32,000 nucleotides of DNA from Thermodesulfobacterium commune DSM 2178 (GCF_000734015.1 NZ_CP008796.1:270001-302000); one strand, 5' to 3'. Counted from the first letter of the stretch, positions 5,974 through 15,352 are shown. Notes: generated by a model from the letters alone, not told the origin. Translations and numbers: made by a program.

Positions 5974-7578
5974 ATGGGTCTTGTTTTAGGCTTGATTTTA
6001 GGTAGTTTATTGGGAATAGCCATATTATGGGTCTATTTATACTTCCAGAAGAAAAAGAACCTTTTGGTTCAAAAAACTGCTGAAGAAATCATCAAAGAGG
6101 CAGAAAAAAAAGCTAAAGAAGTTTTAGAGAAGGCAGAAAGAGAGGCTAATTTTAGGCTTCAACAGGCGGAACTCAAAGTTAAAGAACAGATTTTGTCTCA
6201 TAAACAAAAATTAGAAGAAGAGTTTAATAAAAGACTTCAAGAAGTAATCTTAAAAGAAGAAAGAATTACCAGTAAAGAAGAATACCTTTCTAAAAAAGAA
6301 AGCGATCTTTTTAAGAGAGAAGAACAGTTATTAAAAAGAGAAGAAGGTTTAGAAAAAAAACTAAGAGAGATAGAAGAATTTAAAAAATCTTTAGAAGAAC
6401 AAAAACATGAAATAGAAAGATTATATCATCAGGCAAGGGAAGAACTTGAAAAAATAGCCGGACTTTCTGAAAAAGAGGCTAAAGAAATACTTCTTAAAAG
6501 AGTTGAGGAAGAATTGATAGAAGAAAAGGCAAAACTAATAATGAAGATAGAAAATGAAATAAAAGAAGAGGTTAAAAGAAAAACCCAAGAACTTCTTTCT
6601 TATTCAGTGGCTAAAGCAGCCATACCTTTTGTAACCGAAAAAACTGTTTCTACGGTTCAACTTCCGAACGAAGAGATGAAAGGTAGAATTATAGGAAGAG
6701 AAGGAAGAAACATAAGAACCTTTGAAACCTTAACAGGAGTTGACCTTTTGATAGATGATACCCCTGAGGTGGTAGTTCTTTCTTGTGTAGACCCCCTTAG
6801 AAGAGAAATAGCTCGTATAGCCTTAGAAAGGCTTATAGCAGACGGAAGGATTCATCCTACAAGAATAGAAGAAGTGGTTAGACAGGTAGAAGAAGAAATG
6901 GAGCAACATCTAGTGGAGGTAGGAGAAAAGGCGTGTTTTGAATTGGGGATTTATGGTCTTCATCCAGAATTAGTAAAAATGCTTGGAAAGCTTAAATATA
7001 GGACAAGCTATAGTCAAAACGTGCTTCAACATTCTATAGAAACAGCTATTATTTGTGGAGCTTTAGCAGGAGAACTGGGTATAGATGTAAAAAAAGCTAA
7101 AAGAGCTGCTTTACTGCATGACATAGGTAAGGCGGCATCTTATGAGTTAGAAGGTCCTCATGCTTTAATAGGGGCTGAAATTGCGAGAAAATATGGAGAA
7201 GATGAGGAAATCGTAAATGCTATTGCTTCTCATCATGAAGATGTCCCTATAAATAGTCTTTTAGGGATCATTTTGCAGATAGCTGATGCTATTTCAGGGG
7301 CAAGGCCTGGTGCAAGAAGAGAGCTTCTTGAGGCTTATATTAAAAGAATAAAAGAGTTAGAATCTATTGCTTACTCTTTTGAAGGAGTAGAAAAAGCTTT
7401 TGCTATTCAGGCAGGAAGAGAAATTAGGGTTATAGTAGATGATAAAAAGATTACAGACGAACAAGCTTATGTATTAGCTCGAGAAATTGCACAAAAAATC
7501 GAAAAAGAAGTAACCTATCCAGGGATTATTAGAGTAACAGTGATAAGAGAAACCAGAGTAATAGAATACGCAAAATAA
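5974..7578 (+). CDS. rny: Ribonuclease Y
   Basis: N-terminal TM helix, a long K/E coiled coil, a KH domain (GRIIGREGRNIRTFETLTGVDLLIDDTPEVVVLS) and an HD domain (LLHDIGKA, ASHHED). GGGAGGAG RBS. Confidence 0.95.
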   Translation: MGLVLGLILGSLLGIAILWVYLYFQKKKNLLVQKTAEEIIKEAEKKAKEVLEKAEREANFRLQQAELKVKEQILSHKQKLEEEFNKRLQEVILKEERITSKEEYLSKKESDLFKREEQLLKREEGLEKKLREIEEFKKSLEEQKHEIERLYHQAREELEKIAGLSEKEAKEILLKRVEEELIEEKAKLIMKIENEIKEEVKRKTQELLSYSVAKAAIPFVTEKTVSTVQLPNEEMKGRIIGREGRNIRTFETLTGVDLLIDDTPEVVVLSCVDPLRREIARIALERLIADGRIHPTRIEEVVRQVEEEMEQHLVEVGEKACFELGIYGLHPELVKMLGKLKYRTSYSQNVLQHSIETAIICGALAGELGIDVKKAKRAALLHDIGKAASYELEGPHALIGAEIARKYGEDEEIVNAIASHHEDVPINSLLGIILQIADAISGARPGARRELLEAYIKRIKELESIAYSFEGVEKAFAIQAGREIRVIVDDKKITDEQAYVLAREIAQKIEKEVTYPGIIRVTVIRETRVIEYAK

Positions 7579-7597
7579 AAATTAACAGGATGAATTT

Positions 7598-8389
7598 ATG
7601 GAAGAGGTTAAAGAAATAAAAATTTTGTTTTTAGGAGATATCGTAGGTAGTGCCGGAAGAAAAGCGGTTAAAGATCTTCTGCCAGAGTTGGTTAAAAAAT
7701 ATCAACCTGATTTTGTGGTAGCTAACGGAGAAAATGCTGCGGGTGGATATGGTCTTACCGAAAAAGTAGCTGAAGAACTTTTTTCTTATGGTATAGATGT
7801 TTTAACCTCAGGCAATCATGTTTGGAAAAAAGAATTTTACCCTTATCTTAATAAGTCTGAAAGAGTAATAAGACCTGCTAACTACGGGGAAGGAGCTCCA
7901 GGGAAGGGATGGACTGTATATACTAAAAAAGAATTAAAATTAGGAGTAATTAACCTTGAAGGACGCATATTTATGCGTCCTTTACTTAATCCATTTTTGG
8001 TAGGTAAAAAATTAGCTTTAGAATTAAAAAAAGAAACGCCGTTTATCTTGGTTGATTTTCATGCTGAAGCCACCTCAGAAAAAATAGCCTTGGGTTATTT
8101 TTTAGACGGAATAGTCTCTGTAGTCATTGGTACTCATACCCACGTTCAAACCTCAGATGCCAGGATTTTACCTCAGAATACTGGGTATATAACCGATGTA
8201 GGGATGTGTGGAGCAGTAGAAAGTATCATAGGTATGAAAATAGACCAAGCATTAGAAATGTATTTAACCATGGTTCCAAGAAAGTTAGAGGTAGAAAAAA
8301 CCGGGAAACTTAAACTTGAAGGGGCTTTCGTAAGATTAAATCAAAAAGGAGAAACCATTTTTATCGAAACTTTTAGAGTTATTTCCTAG
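7598..8389 (+). CDS. ymdB: YmdB-family metallophosphoesterase (2',3'-cyclic-nucleotide phosphodiesterase, TIGR00282 type)
   Basis: ILFLGDIVGSAGRKAV...ANGENAAGGYGLTEK...TSGNHVWKK...DFHAEATSEK...GTHTHVQT. The rny-ymdB pairing is conserved. Confidence 0.9.
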   Translation: MEEVKEIKILFLGDIVGSAGRKAVKDLLPELVKKYQPDFVVANGENAAGGYGLTEKVAEELFSYGIDVLTSGNHVWKKEFYPYLNKSERVIRPANYGEGAPGKGWTVYTKKELKLGVINLEGRIFMRPLLNPFLVGKKLALELKKETPFILVDFHAEATSEKIALGYFLDGIVSVVIGTHTHVQTSDARILPQNTGYITDVGMCGAVESIIGMKIDQALEMYLTMVPRKLEVEKTGKLKLEGAFVRLNQKGETIFIETFRVIS

Positions 8390-8876
8390 GTTGATTCTTT
8401 TTCCACCATTTTTGAAAAAGGCTACGTTTTAAAGGAGACAACCTGTCTATAAAAAGTATCCCCTCTAGATGGTCATATTCGTGTTGAAAGGCTATGGCAT
8501 GTAACCCTTCAAGTTCTCTTTCAAATGGATTACCATCTAAATCTAACGCCCTAACATAAAGCTTGGCATGTCTTTCTATCTTGGCATAATATCCAGGGAT
8601 ACTAAGACATCCTTCTTCATAGGTAGTGTATCCCTCAGCGTGTAAAATTTCAGGGTTTATATAAATTTCTAACTTTGGGGTTCCTTCTTTTTGTGAAACA
8701 TCTAATAAAAACAGCCTTTTTAATACCCCTACTTGATTAGCTGCTAATCCAAGACCTTTAGCTTTATACATAGTTTCTGCCATTTGTTCTACGAGGCGTT
8801 TGATCTCTCCGTCTATATTTTCTATAGGTAAGGCTTTTTCTCTTAAGGCTGGATGACCTAAAATCACTATTTCCAT
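8379..8876 (-). CDS. def: Peptide deformylase
   Basis: All three signature motifs are present: GLGLAANQVG, EGCLSIPG and HEYDHLEG. AGGAG RBS. Confidence 0.95.
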   Translation of the reverse strand: MEIVILGHPALREKALPIENIDGEIKRLVEQMAETMYKAKGLGLAANQVGVLKRLFLLDVSQKEGTPKLEIYINPEILHAEGYTTYEEGCLSIPGYYAKIERHAKLYVRALDLDGNPFERELEGLHAIAFQHEYDHLEGILFIDRLSPLKRSLFQKWWKKNQPRK

Positions 8877-8908
8877 CTTTGACTCCTGAATAGCTTTTTA
8901 TAAATATT

Positions 8909-8936
8909 ATTTTAAAATTGATTTAAGAAATTTCAA
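8909..8936 (-). promoter_or_regulatory. Putative def promoter
   Basis: On the minus strand: TTGAAA (8936-8931), a 16-nt spacer, then TAAAAT (8914-8909). Confidence 0.45.
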
Positions 8937-8957
8937 CGTATTTTATGATCCTGAGAG

Positions 8958-8986
8958 TTGTCAAAAGTACTATTAAAAGGCATAAT
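8958..8986 (+). promoter_or_regulatory. Putative promoter of the DRTGG-mtaD unit
   Basis: TTGTCA (8958-8963), a 17-nt spacer, then CATAAT (8981-8986). Confidence 0.45.
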
Positions 8987-9021
8987 ATAATTTAAAAAAG
9001 AAGAAACAAGGGGGTAAAGAA

Positions 9022-10083
9022 ATGAAATCTATATTTTTGATATCAAATAGACCCTTTACTGGTAGAAATGTCTTAGCTTTAGGCCTTGTTTTAAATTTGA
9101 AAGAAAAAGGAAGTAAAGTAGGTTATATGAAGTTGATAGGTAAACTTCCTATAAAAATAGGAAATAAGGTCTTTGATGAAGAGGCGGTTTTTATTCATAA
9201 GGTCTTAGAACTTGAGGATCCTGTAGAATGGTCCTGCCCGTTTGTGTTTACCTATGATCTTCAGTACAAACTGTTTGAAGGAGAAGACATATCTGTAGAC
9301 CAGCAGATAAGAGAGGTTATAAAAAAACAGGCTGAACTTAAGGATTACCTTTTTGTGGTTGGAGGAGACAACATTTTTGAAGGCTACAGCCTTGGGATAG
9401 ATAGCTTTCATTTAATAAAAGAATTAAAGGGTAAGGGGTTAATAGTTCAGCTTTGGGATGGAGAGACCTCGGTGGATGATATTTTAGGTATCAAAGAGCT
9501 TTTAGGAGAAAACTTTGCCGGTGCGGTGATAAACAAGGTCCCTGTTGAGGAATATCCTTATGTAAAGGAGAAGGTGGTTCCATACTTAGAGGGTAAGGGT
9601 GTAGAGGTTTTAGGGGTTTTCAAGAAGGACAAGTTGCTTGAGGCAGTAACGGTTAGGACGCTACTTGAGGTGGTTAACGGGGGTATTGTGTGTTGTGAGG
9701 ACAAGCTTGACGAGTTTGTAGAGAACATTACGATAGGTGCGATGGACCCTGAGAATGCGATGAGGTATTTTTTAAGGATACCTAACAAGGTAGTGATAAC
9801 AGGGATAAACAGGACAGACATTCAGATTTTAGCTTTAGAGACTTCTACCAAGTGTTTACTTTTGACAGGGGGTTTGTATCCAAGCGAGATGGTGGTAAAC
9901 ATAGCTAAGACAAAGGGAGTGCCAATTGTGGTGACCTCTCTTGATACCTTCTCGGCAGTTGAAAAAATACAGGCCTTAGTAGGAAAAGCCATTTTAAAGG
10001 AAAAGGGTAAGGCACTGAGGGCTAAAGAGATGGTAGCTAAAGAGTTTAATTTAGAAAGATTTTTAAACTTAGTAAGAGGTTAA
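9022..10083 (+). CDS. Stand-alone BioD-like/DRTGG protein (resembles the N-terminal regulatory part of long phosphotransacetylases)
   Basis: The N-terminal DTBS/CobQ-like fold has a degenerate P-loop (SNRPFTGRNVLALGL). The C-terminal part is DRTGG-type (VVITGINRTDIQILALETSTKCLLLTGG...GVPIVVT). No Pta catalytic domain is present. Confidence 0.65.
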   Translation: MKSIFLISNRPFTGRNVLALGLVLNLKEKGSKVGYMKLIGKLPIKIGNKVFDEEAVFIHKVLELEDPVEWSCPFVFTYDLQYKLFEGEDISVDQQIREVIKKQAELKDYLFVVGGDNIFEGYSLGIDSFHLIKELKGKGLIVQLWDGETSVDDILGIKELLGENFAGAVINKVPVEEYPYVKEKVVPYLEGKGVEVLGVFKKDKLLEAVTVRTLLEVVNGGIVCCEDKLDEFVENITIGAMDPENAMRYFLRIPNKVVITGINRTDIQILALETSTKCLLLTGGLYPSEMVVNIAKTKGVPIVVTSLDTFSAVEKIQALVGKAILKEKGKALRAKEMVAKEFNLERFLNLVRG

Positions 10084-10088
10084 AACAT

Positions 10089-11396
10089 ATGGATGAGAAG
10101 TTGATTTTAGCCAAATGGGTAGTGCCCTCGGCTTATGAACCTCCTATAAAAGAAGGTGGGGTTTTTATAAAGAAAGGAGTTATTTTAGATATAGGTACTA
10201 AAGAGCAACTTATTAATAAATACCCAAACGTAGAAAGAGAGGTATTTGAAAACGGTATTCTGATGCCGGGATTGGTTAACGCACACACTCATATTCCTAT
10301 GAGTATTTTAAGAGGTTTAGCAGAGGATCTTTCTTTGATGACCTGGTTAACCCAATATATTTTTCCTGTAGAGGCTAAATTAAAAAAAGAATGGGTTTAT
10401 TGGGGAAGTTTGCTTTCTCTTATAGAGATGATAAAGTCGGGGATTACTCTTTTTTGTGATATGTATCTTTTTGAAGAAGAAGTTATAAAAGCCACAGAAG
10501 AATCTGGGATAAAAGGGTTACTTGGAGAAGGTCTTTTTGATTTTCCTTCTCCAAGTTACGGCCCTTTAGTTAAAGGGTTGGAATTAACAGAAAGTTTGTT
10601 AAGAAATTTTCAAAACCATCCTTTAATAAAAATAGCGGTATGTCCTCACACTTTATATACTTGTTCTCCGGATACGATAAAGTCTTGTCTCAAAATTTCT
10701 GAGAGATATGGAGCTAAACTTCACATTCATCTTTCCGAAAATCAAGAAGAGATAAAACTGATAAGGGAGCGTTATGGTAAAAATCCTATAGAGCTTCTTG
10801 CTGAAATAGGGGGGGTTAATGAAAATCTTATAGCTGTCCATGGGGTTAAGATAACTCCTAAAGAAATAGAACTTATGTCTAAAGCTAAGTCCAGTTTTAT
10901 CCATTGTCCAGAGAGTAATTTAAAGTTAGGCTCAGGGGTTGCACCTATCCCTGAGATAATAAAGGCAGGTATAAACCTGGCTTTAGGTACTGATGGGCCT
11001 GCTAGTAATAACGACCTTGATATGTTTTCTGAAATGAGGACCGCCTGTTTAATCCAAAAAGGGATCAAAGAGGACCCGACGGTTATTACCGCTAAAGAAG
11101 TTTTTTATGCTGCTACCGAAGGAGGAAGTAAGGCCTTAGGTTTTTTAGATACAGGTAAACTTTCCCTAGGTTATAAAGCAGATTTAGCTGTGATAGACCT
11201 CAACAATCATTCTTTACAACCAGACTACAATCCTCTCGCTCTTATAGTCTATACAGCAAAAGCAGGTTGTGTGTCTCACCTAATGGTTAATGGAAAATGG
11301 ATTATGAAAAATTATCAAGTCTTGACTGTAGATGAAGAAAAGATAAGAGAAAAGATAGAAAAAATAAAAAAAGAGGTTTTGAAGATAATTTCTTAG
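10089..11396 (+). CDS. mtaD: 5-methylthioadenosine/S-adenosylhomocysteine deaminase (amidohydrolase superfamily)
   Basis: LMPGLVNAHTHIPMSILRGLAEDLSLMTWL, HLSEN, GTDGPASNNDLDMF and ADLAVIDL are MtaD/TrzA-type motifs. Confidence 0.8.
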   Translation: MDEKLILAKWVVPSAYEPPIKEGGVFIKKGVILDIGTKEQLINKYPNVEREVFENGILMPGLVNAHTHIPMSILRGLAEDLSLMTWLTQYIFPVEAKLKKEWVYWGSLLSLIEMIKSGITLFCDMYLFEEEVIKATEESGIKGLLGEGLFDFPSPSYGPLVKGLELTESLLRNFQNHPLIKIAVCPHTLYTCSPDTIKSCLKISERYGAKLHIHLSENQEEIKLIRERYGKNPIELLAEIGGVNENLIAVHGVKITPKEIELMSKAKSSFIHCPESNLKLGSGVAPIPEIIKAGINLALGTDGPASNNDLDMFSEMRTACLIQKGIKEDPTVITAKEVFYAATEGGSKALGFLDTGKLSLGYKADLAVIDLNNHSLQPDYNPLALIVYTAKAGCVSHLMVNGKWIMKNYQVLTVDEEKIREKIEKIKKEVLKIIS

Positions 11397-11633
11397 AAGA
11401 CATAACTGAGGTATTTTTTCTCATTGAGGTTTTTTTCATCACTTATTTTTTCATAAAAAGCTAGTTTTTTTTGAAATTTTGATTATAAGAAGCCAGGCAT
11501 AAATCTTGTTATATAAAATGTAAAGCATACTCTTATAAGTTTAGATTAGTGAAATTTTTAACAAAGCTATTTTAAATTTTGTTATGTTTGTAATATAAAA
11601 CTTAATAAATCATTTTATAAGGAGGAGGGGCTT

Positions 11634-12026
11634 ATGATAGAGATTGAAAAGATAAAAGTGAGAGATGTAATGACTACTCCGGTAGTTACTATTGATGGTA
11701 ACGCTACGGTGAAAGAAGCCGCAGAGTTGATGATGAAAACTGGTTACAGAGGGTTGGTAGTTGATAAGGTAGACGAAGAAGATGCTTATGGGATTATCAC
11801 AGTTAAAGACATAGTTTATAAAGTTATAGCTAAGGGACTCCCTTTGGAAAAAGTTAGGGTTCTAGAAGTTATGACCAAACCGTGTATCACCGTTCCTGAT
11901 TACTATGATATAAAATATGCGGCTAAACTTATGGCGATGGCAAACGTGGTAAGGCTTCCGGTTATTTCAGGAGAAAAATTAGTAGGTATGATAACCTTAA
12001 GAGATATCATAAAACCCCACGTATAA
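11634..12026 (+). CDS. CBS-pair domain protein (130 aa)
   Basis: Two CBS motifs (VRDVMTTPVVTI...; VLEVMTKPCITV...RLPVISGEKLVGMITLRDI). Strong AGGAGGAGG RBS. Confidence 0.85.
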   Translation: MIEIEKIKVRDVMTTPVVTIDGNATVKEAAELMMKTGYRGLVVDKVDEEDAYGIITVKDIVYKVIAKGLPLEKVRVLEVMTKPCITVPDYYDIKYAAKLMAMANVVRLPVISGEKLVGMITLRDIIKPHV

Positions 12027-12064
12027 TAGCAAAAGATTTTTAATTTAGCAAAAGATTTTTAATA
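12027..12064. repeat. Tandem 19-bp direct repeat (2 copies, 18/19 identical) upstream of acs
   Basis: TAGCAAAAGATTTTTAATT (12027-12045) is followed directly by TAGCAAAAGATTTTTAATA (12046-12064). A perfect 20-bp A/T palindrome ATTTTATTTTAAAATAAAAT lies at 12073-12092. Confidence 0.9.
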
Positions 12065-12111
12065 TTTATTTTATTTTATTTTAAAATAAAATTTTCAAAA
12101 AGGAGGTAGAC

Positions 12112-14088
12112 ATGGCGGAGTTGACATCTTTGTTAAAAGAGGGGAGGATTTTCTATCCCCCTCAAGAAGGTAAAGACCAGGCTTACATTTCTTCTCGTTA
12201 TAAATATAAACAGATTTACCAGTATTCTTTAGACGACCCTGATGAGTTTTGGGCTGAAAGGGCTAAAGAGTTGATTACTTGGTTTAAGTACTGGGATAGG
12301 ACTTGTTATTGGGATTTTTACAAGCCAGAAATCAAGTTTTTTGAAGGTGGTAAGCTAAATGCTTGTTTTAATTGTGTAGACAGACATTTAGACAATCCAG
12401 CTATAAAAAATAAGGCTGCTATCATTTGGCAAGGAGAACCTGACAGAGACACTAAGGTTTATACCTATCATATGCTGCACAGTGAGATATGTAAGTTTGC
12501 TAAGATTTTAAAGAATTTAGGTGTAGAAAAAGGTGATAGGGTAACCATTTATCTTCCTACTATGCCAGAGGCTGTGGCAGCGATGTTGGCTTGTGCAAGA
12601 ATAGGGGCTATCCATAGTGTAGTGTTTGGAGGTTTTTCTTCAGAGGCCCTTAAAGTTCGTATTCTTGATGCGCAGGCTAAGGTGGTGATCACTTGTGATG
12701 GCACTTATAGGGGTGGAAGACGAATAACTCTTTTAGATAGGGCAGAAGAGGCTATAAGAGATTGTGATTGCGTAGAACATTGTATTGTGTTAAACCGTTT
12801 TGGTGATCCTATAGAACTAAAAGATAACCGTTGTATCTTATACGACGACTTAAAAAAAGATTTAAGTGTAGCTGAGTATTGTGAATACGAAGTAATGGAT
12901 GCCGAAGATCCTCTTTTTATTTTATATACCTCAGGAACTACAGGAAAACCTAAAGGAGTTTACCATACCACAGGGGGATATTTGGTATATGCAGCACATA
13001 CTACTCAGTGGGTATTTGACCTTAAACCAGACGATATCTACTGGTGTACTGCTGATATAGGTTGGATTACCGGGCATTCTTATGTAGTTTATGGTCCTTT
13101 AGCTTTAGGCGCTACGGTTTTTATGTACGAGGGGGTTCCAACTTATCCAAATCCAGGAAGATGGTGGGAGTTGGTAGACCGTTATGGTATAACTATCCTC
13201 TATACAGCTCCTACAGCGATAAGGGTGTTGATGAGAGAGGGCGATCAGTGGCCTAAGAAATACAATCTTTCGAGCTTAAGAATTTTAGGAACGGTGGGAG
13301 AACCTATAAACCCAGAGGCTTGGGTTTGGTTTTATGTTAATGTAGGACGCAAACGTTGTCCGGTAGTAGATACTTGGTGGCAAACCGAGACCGGTGGACA
13401 TATGATAGCACCCATACCCTTTGCAGTACCTCAGAAACCTGGTTCAGCTACTTATCCTTTACCTGGAGTAGAGCCTGTTATCTTAAGAGCTGATGGGACA
13501 GAGGCAGACATCAACGAGGGAGGTCATCTTTGTATCAAAAGAGCCTGGCCTGGCATGGCAAGAGGAGTTTGGGGAGATGAAAAAAGGTTTAAAGAGGTCT
13601 ATTTTAGCAGGTTCCCAGGATATTACTACACCGGAGATGGTGCCAGAAAAGACGAAGACGGCTATTTCTGGATTATGGGAAGACTTGATGATGTCATCAA
13701 CGTTTCTGGACACAGACTTGGTACGATGGAGTTAGAGTCTGCTTTTGTGGAACACCCTGCGGTAGCAGAGGCTGCAGTGGTTGGATTCCCTCATGACATT
13801 AAAGGAGAAGGTATTTTTGCTTACATAGTACTTAAAGAAGGTTTTGACCCTACTTCAGAACTCAAAAAAGAGTTAGTCTCTCATATCAGAAAAGTAATAG
13901 GTCCTATCGCAACTCCTGATTTCATACTTTTTGCTCCTGGATTACCTAAAACTAGAAGCGGAAAAATCATGAGGAGGATCTTAAGAAAGATAGCTGCACA
14001 GCAGTTTGAAGACTTGGGAGATACCAGTACATTGGCAGAACCTGAGGTGGTAGAAAAACTGGTAGATTTGAGGAAAAATTTAAAATAA
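12112..14088 (+). CDS. acs: Acetyl-CoA synthetase (AMP-forming)
   Basis: 658 aa. Motifs: YTSGTTGKPKG, WWQTETGG, YYTGDGARKDEDGYFWIMGRLDDVINVSGHRLGT and the C-terminal PKTRSGKIMRRILRK. Confidence 0.95.
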   Translation: MAELTSLLKEGRIFYPPQEGKDQAYISSRYKYKQIYQYSLDDPDEFWAERAKELITWFKYWDRTCYWDFYKPEIKFFEGGKLNACFNCVDRHLDNPAIKNKAAIIWQGEPDRDTKVYTYHMLHSEICKFAKILKNLGVEKGDRVTIYLPTMPEAVAAMLACARIGAIHSVVFGGFSSEALKVRILDAQAKVVITCDGTYRGGRRITLLDRAEEAIRDCDCVEHCIVLNRFGDPIELKDNRCILYDDLKKDLSVAEYCEYEVMDAEDPLFILYTSGTTGKPKGVYHTTGGYLVYAAHTTQWVFDLKPDDIYWCTADIGWITGHSYVVYGPLALGATVFMYEGVPTYPNPGRWWELVDRYGITILYTAPTAIRVLMREGDQWPKKYNLSSLRILGTVGEPINPEAWVWFYVNVGRKRCPVVDTWWQTETGGHMIAPIPFAVPQKPGSATYPLPGVEPVILRADGTEADINEGGHLCIKRAWPGMARGVWGDEKRFKEVYFSRFPGYYYTGDGARKDEDGYFWIMGRLDDVINVSGHRLGTMELESAFVEHPAVAEAAVVGFPHDIKGEGIFAYIVLKEGFDPTSELKKELVSHIRKVIGPIATPDFILFAPGLPKTRSGKIMRRILRKIAAQQFEDLGDTSTLAEPEVVEKLVDLRKNLK

Positions 14089-14120
14089 CCAGTTGATTTA
14101 TTTTTGTTTTTGATTAAAAA

Positions 14121-14161
14121 TAGACCTATAGGGGTAAACCCTATAGGTCTATTTTTATTTT
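14121..14161 (+). terminator. Rho-independent terminator of acs
   Basis: Perfect 13-bp stem TAGACCTATAGGG (14121-14133) / CCCTATAGGTCTA (14139-14151), followed by TTTTTATTTTT. Confidence 0.85.
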
Positions 14162-14176
14162 TAAAGGGGGTAATCG

Positions 14177-15352
14177 ATGAAAAATTTTGAGTTTTATCTT
14201 CCTACAAAAGTTTTTTTTGGTAAAAAAGTTTTGAGACAATTTCCTAAAGAAGTTTCTGGTATGGGGAAAAAGGCCCTTTGGGTTTTTGGAAGAGGATCCA
14301 TAATGAGAAACGGTGTTTATGACCAAGTTAAAGAAGTATTAGAAAAAGCTAAGATAGAATATATAGAATTTGGAGGAGTAAAGGCTAACCCTCTTTTATC
14401 TAAAGTTTTAGAGGGTATCAAAGTAGCTAAAGAAGAAAAGGTTGATTTTATTTTAGCTACCGGAGGTGGGAGTGTAATAGACACTGCTAAGGCTATTGCC
14501 TGTGGAGTTTTTGCAGAGGAAAAAATATGGGATTTTTATGAAAGAAAGGATTTTCCTATACAGGCTCTCCCTATAATAGCAGTGCCTACTATCGCTGGTA
14601 CTGGTTCAGAACTAAACAACATAAGTGTTATAGTAAACGACGAAACAAAGGTTAAACTTTCTATGAACTCTCCCTGGATTTTTCCTAAACTTACTTTTTT
14701 AGACCCTACCTTTACTTTTACTGTACCTCCTGATTATACCGCTTATGGAGCTTTTGATGCCTTTTCTCATGTTTTTGAGGTTTTTATAAGTAGAGAATAT
14801 AAAAAAGACTGTCTTACAGAAGACCTTATGGTAGCTTTGATGAAAAACCTTATGAAATGGTCTAAGGCTGCTATATATGACCCTACTAATTATGAAGCTA
14901 GGGCTAATCTTATGTGGGCTTCTTCCTTAGCTTTATGCGGATTACCTAAAGCAGGTATGGGAAAATATAGGTTCTTTATCCATGCTTTAGAACATACCTT
15001 AAGCGGAGTATATGACCTTCCTCATGGACTGGGTTTAGCGGTTATAACTTATGCGTGGATGAAGGTTTATAAAAAAAACAAACTTCTTCATAAATTTTTT
15101 GAAAAGGTTCTCAACATAAAAATAGAAGATAAAATCTCTGTAGAGATGGGGATCGAAGTCTTTGAAAACTGGTTAAGGGACCTGAGACTTCTTTATACTT
15201 TAAAAGATTTAAAACTTCCTCAAGAAGATTTAGAGTACTTGATAGACAAGGCTTATCATATCCTAACCATATGGCAAGTAGCCGATGAGTATTCTAAAGA
15301 AGATGTAAGTAAAGTATTTTATACAGCTTATTTTGGAGAGTCTAAACCATGA
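14177..15352 (+). CDS. Iron-containing (group III) alcohol dehydrogenase, butanol-DH/YqhD-like
   Basis: GGGSVIDTAKAIA, AVPTIAGTGSE, and metal-site residues in FDAFSHVFE and HALEHTLSG..DLPHGLG. Confidence 0.85.
   Translation: MKNFEFYLPTKVFFGKKVLRQFPKEVSGMGKKALWVFGRGSIMRNGVYDQVKEVLEKAKIEYIEFGGVKANPLLSKVLEGIKVAKEEKVDFILATGGGSVIDTAKAIACGVFAEEKIWDFYERKDFPIQALPIIAVPTIAGTGSELNNISVIVNDETKVKLSMNSPWIFPKLTFLDPTFTFTVPPDYTAYGAFDAFSHVFEVFISREYKKDCLTEDLMVALMKNLMKWSKAAIYDPTNYEARANLMWASSLALCGLPKAGMGKYRFFIHALEHTLSGVYDLPHGLGLAVITYAWMKVYKKNKLLHKFFEKVLNIKIEDKISVEMGIEVFENWLRDLRLLYTLKDLKLPQEDLEYLIDKAYHILTIWQVADEYSKEDVSKVFYTAYFGESKP

Noticed and set aside
9205-11068. Minus-strand ORFs 9205-9411, 9558-9821, 10653-10904 and 10772-11068
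   Set aside because: All are embedded antisense in the DRTGG and mtaD genes and have the S/T/F/L-rich shadow-frame composition.
11397-11633. 237-bp intergenic region after mtaD, checked for a riboswitch, sRNA or terminator
   Set aside because: It is extremely A/T-rich, with only short direct repeats (TGAGGT+T-run twice). I saw no convincing stem-loops or conserved-looking structured core, so nothing supportable.
13062-13735. ORFs 13062-13256(+), 13483-13713(-) and 13493-13735(+) inside acs
   Set aside because: They are alternative frames of a full-length, motif-complete acetyl-CoA synthetase gene, with no independent support.
14141-14326. 61-aa minus-strand ORF spanning the acs terminator and the alcohol dehydrogenase start
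   Set aside because: It is antisense to the alcohol dehydrogenase 5' end, crosses a terminator hairpin, and has no RBS.
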